Assembly (NCBI GenBank): GCA_910592345.1
Contig: CAJVPI010000011.1
Coordinates: forward strand, 1-64,000
Source of the DNA: Paraglomus brasilianum
Taxonomy: Eukaryota
Direction of reading: 5' to 3'
Length of the DNA: 64,000 nt
Part shown: positions 56,824 through 64,000 of the stretch, in pieces
Layout of the letters: every line of letters starts with the position of its first letter
How positions within the stretch are numbered: the stretch's first letter is position 1
Program-made: the position numbers and the translations under genes
The notes under the pieces: model-generated
Told to the model about the DNA's origin: nothing
The model's database searches: none
What the model saw: the letters and a program-made list of their open reading frames with translations, nothing else

Positions 56824-58781
56824 CTACTCATTAAAAGCAGCTTCCAATTCTTGAACACGTCTAACCTCCTCAGCACGCTTTTGGTCACGCTGGTCTTTGA
56901 TATGGAAAGCATTCAAGCAAAGAAGATGAAAATCAAAAAATTTTTTATAAATATGGGAACATTTCAACAATACACAATAACACAGTCATCAATACAATAA
57001 TAAATAGTTTATAAATACAGATGTTATGAAATCGGACACTAGCACCAAATTTATCATTTATCTCTTGCAGAAGAAAGTGTTATTAGCTAATTACCTCTGG
57101 CATTCTGGAACAACTGTCGCTCAGCTTGACGCTGCTCGGGAGACCTCGGACCACGTACACCAAGAGCACCATGTACCAATCGCCTTGCGACCACATCAGT
57201 TGTTTGCGGGCGAGCGCGGGGGGGGATAGCATTATTTGCATTATTGGCATCTAATTCATCAAGGCAGAGAGACGATTAAAAGACGAAATATGGGATATAT
57301 CATATGCAATAGGGCAATCAAATACAAAATTTGTATATTGTACATTGGCTCATGTCATAACTTACTTTTTTGGAGGAAATCCGTTGGCCCATCATACGGC
57401 TTCACAGAGGCCAATGGATTAGCCACGTTGTCCAAGTACGCTTTTCGCGCTATTGATAGTGTAAAGGCGTGCAATAAAAAGCAACAATCGGTCAACATTT
57501 ACCATTCCACCATAATTGCAATATTATACATATCTTCTCTTCCCACGTTTAATCAAGAGTAGTTAGTTACCTACACTCTACTCACCAGTAGCAGGATGTT
57601 CAAAGATAATAAGGGCACGGGTGTCATCCATCCACTTGATGCGGTAACCTCCACGCATATTCTCGTATTCGTGGAAAATCTCGTGGAGATTGTGTGTCTT
57701 AAAAGTCGCCGGGAAGCCGAATACATCAAGAATACGTGTCGACCCTTCATACGCATCTAGAAAATAGAAACAGTGTAACATGAGCAAAATGACCAAAAAG
57801 AAATTGAAAGTTTTCTTTCACCGTGAATGTTCGTTCAAAAGATTGTATATATTAATTATCCCGTTAAAAAAAAAAAAATACTCACCGGGATCAAAATTAA
57901 ACTCAATCCTGCTACTCTTGCTCTTTTTATGCCCCTTCTTGAACGGAGGCTTGTTCGTATTGTTATTACCACCACTATTACTATTATAATTCCCACCATC
58001 ACTCCTCTGGCCATCCAGCCTCTTCGCTTCACCGTCAGCCGGAGAAGTAGGCGTATTGACCCTTTCACCACCATCCGCATTCCGCTCCCACTCTTCAAGG
58101 TTCTGTGTCTGAATAGTAGCATTTCCTTGCACCCTTACTCCCGACACATTATCAGCAAGAGAAGAATTATTGTCATTAATCGAAGTGCTCTCAAAAGCAG
58201 CATTGAGCCTAGACATATCGTCAGCAGAAATGGCTTCCGTGGCTGAATCACCACTCTCTGATGCAGGTTGAAAAATACCATTGCTACCGCGTCTGGATTC
58301 GGATTTTGATTTGCGGTGGCCTTGTTTAATAGATTTGTCATTCGATTTGGAAGGATATTGGCGTTGAGCGGTTGGGTCAATGTCACGGCCCCGAGGAGGA
58401 CGGGATGGTTTTTGTTCTTGTTGAGTGTCAGAGCCGGCGCGGAAAGTGCCGCGGCCTTTGCGAATGACAGTATCAGAAGAGTCGGATCTGTCGTTGGCAT
58501 TGTCTAACGTTAAGGACTGGGCACCCTGGTCGGTGCTAATGTTTTCACTTTAAATTTAAAGTAATTGGCATACGTGTAATTGGATATGAAAATTTACGAG
58601 GCAAAAATAATGGTTGATTTAGTGCGTACGGGAGCAATGCATGGTCATTTTCCATCTTTATCAAATAAAATATTTGTGGTCTTACTAGTTCATACATGAC
58701 CATTGTTAAGAGCAATCTGCGAACCGCTTACCTTTTGTCAATCCTCGTTGGACTCGAGTCCGGAGGAGATGCAGAGCCCAT
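56824..58781 (-). CDS. R3HCC1-like protein with an RRM-like domain, multi-exon
   Basis: RKGRGTF motif; RILDVFGFPATFKTHNLHEIF...YRIKWMDDTRALIIFEHPAT/ARKAY; RPQTTDVVARRLVHGALGVR, then a coiled coil ending ELEAAFNE*. Confidence 0.8.
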
Positions 58782-60215
58782 TATGAAAACGAGAGACTAG
58801 AAGTTAAAGAAAGTCTACTGTTGGATGGGGGGGATAAATAGAAGGAGAAAGTAGCGACTCTGAACTGTGGTAGTTTCGACGAATAAGCCGATATGTATTA
58901 AGAATGGGAAATGTAGAGGCTTATAATGACATTTGATGTTTTGAGAGTCACATGCAGTCGGCAGTGGGGTGACGTTACAAGGACCTTGTTCATTGTTAGA
59001 TTTTGATTCGATGAATTTCATAAGGAATAATGTATGACAACCTGCGCATATTTATATGTGAGCAAAGCCACATCAATTTTCTTTATTTCTTCCGTGCAAT
59101 AAAAAAAGTTTAATCTTAATATTAAAATAACAATTGGGAGATATGTTTTCGGGTATGACTTGTTCTATTTTTATATGGTGGATTCCCCCTCAAACTAATT
59201 TCTAAACTGACACATGGTTACGCCATGCGGCAACCGTTGAAATTCCATACAATCGTAGTATTCGAGATCTGCAATTTACTTTTTTACAGCGTAAGAATAA
59301 GAGATTTTTCCTTGGATTTCGAGCTTGAGATGCCCTGTAAGTCTGTCGTGTATATTGATAAGACGATGTACTGTATAAGACTTTCCTCACACTTGCCACA
59401 TTACAAGCATAATAGATTTTGAGAATATTTTTCTATCTTTCTTTGTTCATCGATTTATGGTTAAGATGTACGCTGTGCTTAATGTTATTGAAGAAAATAA
59501 TAGAGCCAGCAGTGTAAAGAACAATAGTAATCCTAATGGGGTATTATCACTATCAGACAAATGCAAAGTTGTGAGCTTTACTGATACACATCTCTTTCAT
59601 ATAAATATGAACAGTTTACATACCTCTAGTCCGTTCAACATCATCAACATCGACATAGCTTCTAACAGTTACTATAGTGATGACCCCATATAAGCTCTAA
59701 ATTTTAGCTATACTCAACTGCTCAATTTCAAAAGAGAATGCAGACTGTAACTGTAACTTTTATGGGCAGATATCAAGAGGTAAGCAGAATAAATTGCTTA
59801 TTAATAGCTATAAAATGGCAGTCTATTTATTTAAAGTAGGATGGTAGTAAATACAGTATTCCTAGAAAAATAACCCAAGACCGACTATAAAATCCCTTGT
59901 AAAAAGATTCAATTTAGTTAACTGGGGGGTTTTTTATAAATTAGATGAAGAATTGAGCATGTAAACCTAACATGAAAAACAATATCGAATGTGGTTATTA
60001 AATAGTGTGTACATTTCAGATTGATTAGCATCTATGATAATTAAAAATAAAGTTTACAAGTTTGCAGCAATCGCGTTCGTTGTGCGTTTAACTCCCAGTC
60101 TTTATAATTATGTCCCATCAAAAACATTATATTACTGAATAGTTTTACAGTATGGTCTCTTGTAGAGCTGCATCATTAAAAAGAAAGAACCCTCCTAAAA
60201 TACTGATGATACGTA

Positions 60216-60804
60216 CGGGGGAGGACAAAGTATTGCACAGTCGTGATTTATTTAATTCCATAAATTTTTGATATGAAAATAAAAAAAAACCAACTTTTGG
60301 ACCACTTACTTCATCAGTTGTCTAAATAAAATATTTAATGTAACGTGTCATGATGAGCGGAATAGAAACTTAGTAAAAAACCCCAATTTCTGTTTGGCGC
60401 ATAAATGAGTTTCGCCAAGGAGCCTATTCCCCATAATCACGGTAAAGGAACTAGCTAGACGAATTGCAAATTATAAGATACTATCGCACAACAGTTCCAA
60501 CGGGTTTTCGCAGCTTACTACTATAAATAATGAAAGAGTTGAATTCGCATCCGCGAAAAATATACCATAACTTGTTATTATCATGCCCAACCAAATTCAA
60601 GTTGTGATTGCTGCAAATTGAGGAAATACTGAATATTGTCATTTACTTTAAGTAAATATTACTAGGTTTAAGCAAAATTTTCCATTGCGTCAAAGCAAAA
60701 TTTACTAAATATACAACTGATGAAGTAAGTGATTCAAAAGTTGGTCTTTTTATTTCATATAGAATTAAATAGACTACGACTGTGCAATACTATTGTCCCA
60801 CCCG
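60216..60804. mobile_element. Non-autonomous Tc1-like element, 589 bp, ~110-bp imperfect TIRs, TA flanks
   Basis: CGGGGGAGGACAAAGTATTGCACAGTCGT...CCAACTTTTG...CACTTACTTCATCAGTTGT at the left matches the reverse complement of ~60710-60804. Confidence 0.85.
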
Positions 60805-61291
60805 TACCTCTAAAAATAGTACTAGTAGATGTACAACTTGTATTTCCATTTTAATGTAGAATCAAGTTGTTAAACATTCTTTGTTATAGGTGCTATTAAA
60901 TGTTATCATTATCCGTAGGACGATAACTTGTTAACGAAAAACACTTTAACGCGGTCAGCTAAATTAAAGTTAAAGAGAAGCGAGAAGATCAAATATGCAA
61001 TAGCAATGGATTCATTTTAACGATTTTATAGAGTCTACGTAGAGCTTCCGTAGGTTTGAGTGTTTGGAACTTATCCTTTTTTTACGCTCAACTTTTATCC
61101 GATGCAATGAGAAGGAAATCTACCGCGGTAATAAAAAAGCCCAGAAAAACAATTAAATAAAAAAACATGCGCATGTGAACTAGTTATGTTAATACAGTCG
61201 ACCTCCCATACAGTCACACCTCCCAGTCCCTCCCTTATAGTCACCCGATTTTTACGATCCATTCCTATTGAAAATTCCTCCTTTATAGTTG

Positions 61292-61735
61292 TTGTACCTC
61301 AGTTTGGGACCTGTCTCAGTTTCTGAGTTCTATCTGTGTAACAGTCATAATTTAATGTTTGCATTTTCATGTTCAGCATAGAGTGAGCAAAGATTATTAC
61401 ATGATCACGATCACACGCATTAATTAACTTTGCAATAATCCAAAGCCTCGATATAAACGTGAGATTTGTGAATATACTAAAAGCAAAGCACAGCGAACTA
61501 GCAAACCGTTTAATAAGAAATTCATACTCTCTACAGAGTATCTACTGTTAACAACCTGAAAAATCGACATAAAAATTTTATTGTTATCGTCATTAACTTT
61601 AAAGAGAGAAGGATGGTATTTCAAAGTGAGAGTTGGTTTTCTCAGTTCGGGGCAATCTCGGTCTAGAACTCAGTCAAAAAAAAACCCCCAGCCATATCAG
61701 TCCAGAACTGAGACAGGTCCCAAACTGAGGTACAA
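61292..61735. mobile_element. MITE-like element bounded by a perfect 30-bp inverted repeat
   Basis: TTGTACCTCAGTTTGGGACCTGTCTCAGTT (61292-61321) and its exact reverse complement (61706-61735). Confidence 0.8.
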
Positions 61736-64000
61736 TAATATAATTTGGCATATTCTAATAGTATAAATTTAATCACATGACCATACGTAAACTACTCGCC
61801 TGTGGGGTCGACGCCGGGTAGCATACAAAGCTCAGGAGAGAATAATCCGGCAGAGACAATATACTGGGGAGCACGAAACGAAATCCGATGTATTCAAAGA
61901 CAATTCCTTTTCTCGTTAGCGTTAGCACTTATATACTTATGCTATGTAAATAATAATGTTAAAGTATATAAGCAATTCATAAGCCCTCTTTCATGGACGA
62001 GTAATCGTACCGTTTCCAAGAAGTAATCCAAATATAGTTTTTTGACATTGTGGTGGCAAAAATATACCTCAAACTATACAGAATAGTTATTTGTCTCGGC
62101 CAATGTCTGCAAATTTTGACAGTCAATCCGTGACAGATGATGGCTTTGTTGACTATTTTTGAATAAACTATTAACTTCACAAGACAACAGAAGGTTACGC
62201 AGAAGAATTATAAATCGGATGTCAAATACATGTTACAACAATGTCGAACGGTTTCTGTAATCCGTATACAGTTGTCCCCCTCTACAGTCACACCATTGGT
62301 TCTCCTGAAACCAGTATATTCGTTTTACTCTACAGACGTCATATTAATATGGGAACAACATACTTTCTCCTAAATAAAAAGTTCGGTAAGAATTACACCA
62401 CATGTCCCGTCACCGCTCCACCAAAAAAGTCTAACTTTTTCTAGGAATGGAATTTAACATTACGGTTCCTGATATCACGAGATTACTGTCTATTCTTCTT
62501 GTATACGATCTTGCATATAGTGGACCGATCTATATTAAGCACACAAATCTCGTGTCAGTGATTTGCGTTCTCTTATTTTTATCATGTGATGTGAGTACGA
62601 CTGTATATGTATTATAAAAATTGTAACGAAACACGAAAACGTGAGTTCTATCTTAACAATAATAAGCATATTTTTGATTAAAAATTAAGTGTGATTATGT
62701 AATCGATGGAAGCAAATATTTCTTAAGCATCTTTCTAATGAAAAAAAAACCCAACCTTTTACTTCATTGCAATTACCATTTATATCATTAATACGGTCTC
62801 ATAATATCGATATGAAGAGCAAACACCAAGCTGGCGCCTAAACTTTCGGATTGGTCAATTAAAACAATGATATGATAATAATGTAGCGACAAGTCAATCA
62901 AAAGCGTTAGACTGTCGGTTTTTGCAAGTTGCAAATCGACCGCTTTGTCACAGCTGTTACGGTCGTTTGCTGCCAAATAATACAAACAAGTTCGAGTAGC
63001 CATTCCAAGTCCACATAACTTGCAATTCAAATTATTACGTTAAATGTACCCATGTTATATTTCAGCTAATCCATTACAGAGTGATTTCGCCGGTGTCAAT
63101 ATTTTTCTATTAATAATATAATAATAATAACAACAATATAGCACGCTTTATTTACTTATACAGTCGTGGTACTCACAGTTGTGCAATCATTTAGTTGACA
63201 TTGTGACTTTAACGGCTGTGGTATCTCTTGTATTGTGTGTAGCTGCTGTACCCGTAAATAGAGTTTAAACTCGTTTTGTATACTTTATAGAAATGTTTTG
63301 TAGAATGCGCGCCGTCAACGAGTGCACGAAACTAAGTACTTGTTCAGACACAGCAATTGGTACTCGGAAGAAATGGTACGCCATCTGTAAATGTTTATCA
63401 TGTGCCAAGTAGCCAAGAAAATGAACCAACTCTGATAAAAAAATTACCAAATCCAATAATATTTTCATTCGTTCTAATTTCAACCACGAATTACAATGAG
63501 GCTTTCTATATTCGCATTGGGGAACAGAACATTCTTGATTGTATCCAACGCTGGCACGGCCTCATATTATTGGTTACATAGTTGCAAATCGAAAAGAAAA
63601 AAGTGAGGCACTGGACATGAACCTGCTGCAAGCTTGTTCATTGATACAAAGAATAGTAAGAATATCAGAGTTTGAACTGGTATGCATGTATATGGGCGAG
63701 TTTGTATGTGAGAGTTTGAAACAGCAGTGATGAGAAAAGACACAGAGAGTGAGAGTGAGAAGGGGTTTAAAAAAAAAAAAGAAGGTCTCATCGATAATTG
63801 GTACTCGCACATGAGCTGAGCGGAGTGTTTGCTCAACAGATCAAATTTATTTTTACATGTCTAACAATAAATGCTTATTTGGGGATTCATTTACTGCATG
63901 ATGTCATTCTAAAAAAGGTATTTAAAACCCGTAGGTATGCCCTGTCATATTGACATCCTTCAACAAATGTTCTCTACATTCCTTTCTCATGATCATAAGC

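Overview
AT-rich, intron-rich eukaryotic DNA from an early-diverging fungus (Mucoromycota, most like Glomeromycotina/Endogonales, judged from the kinase family, repeat families and intron style). I reconstructed 12 spliced genes by hand: a partial expanded-family kinase, 14-3-3, a tiny YABBY/HMG-like protein, GPATCH11-like, SAC2/INPP5F-like phosphatase, an HSL-family lipase, DDX41/abstrakt, an uncharacterised circularly permuted ATP-grasp protein, striatin, BolA2, BRD8-like and R3HCC1-like. Intergenic DNA holds decayed Tigger/pogo and Tc1 elements, TA-flanked MITEs, two copies of a decayed repeat ORF, a B-family DNA polymerase-like fragment, and a tandem duplication of striatin-BolA with reciprocal decay. 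The best leads are the intron-containing circularly permuted ATP-grasp ligase (39014-41467), a candidate ~260-nt structured H/ACA-like RNA (10939-11200, minus strand) and a virus-like PolB/Cys-rich ORF remnant (26290-27300). All family assignments come from motif recognition by eye; no database searches were run.
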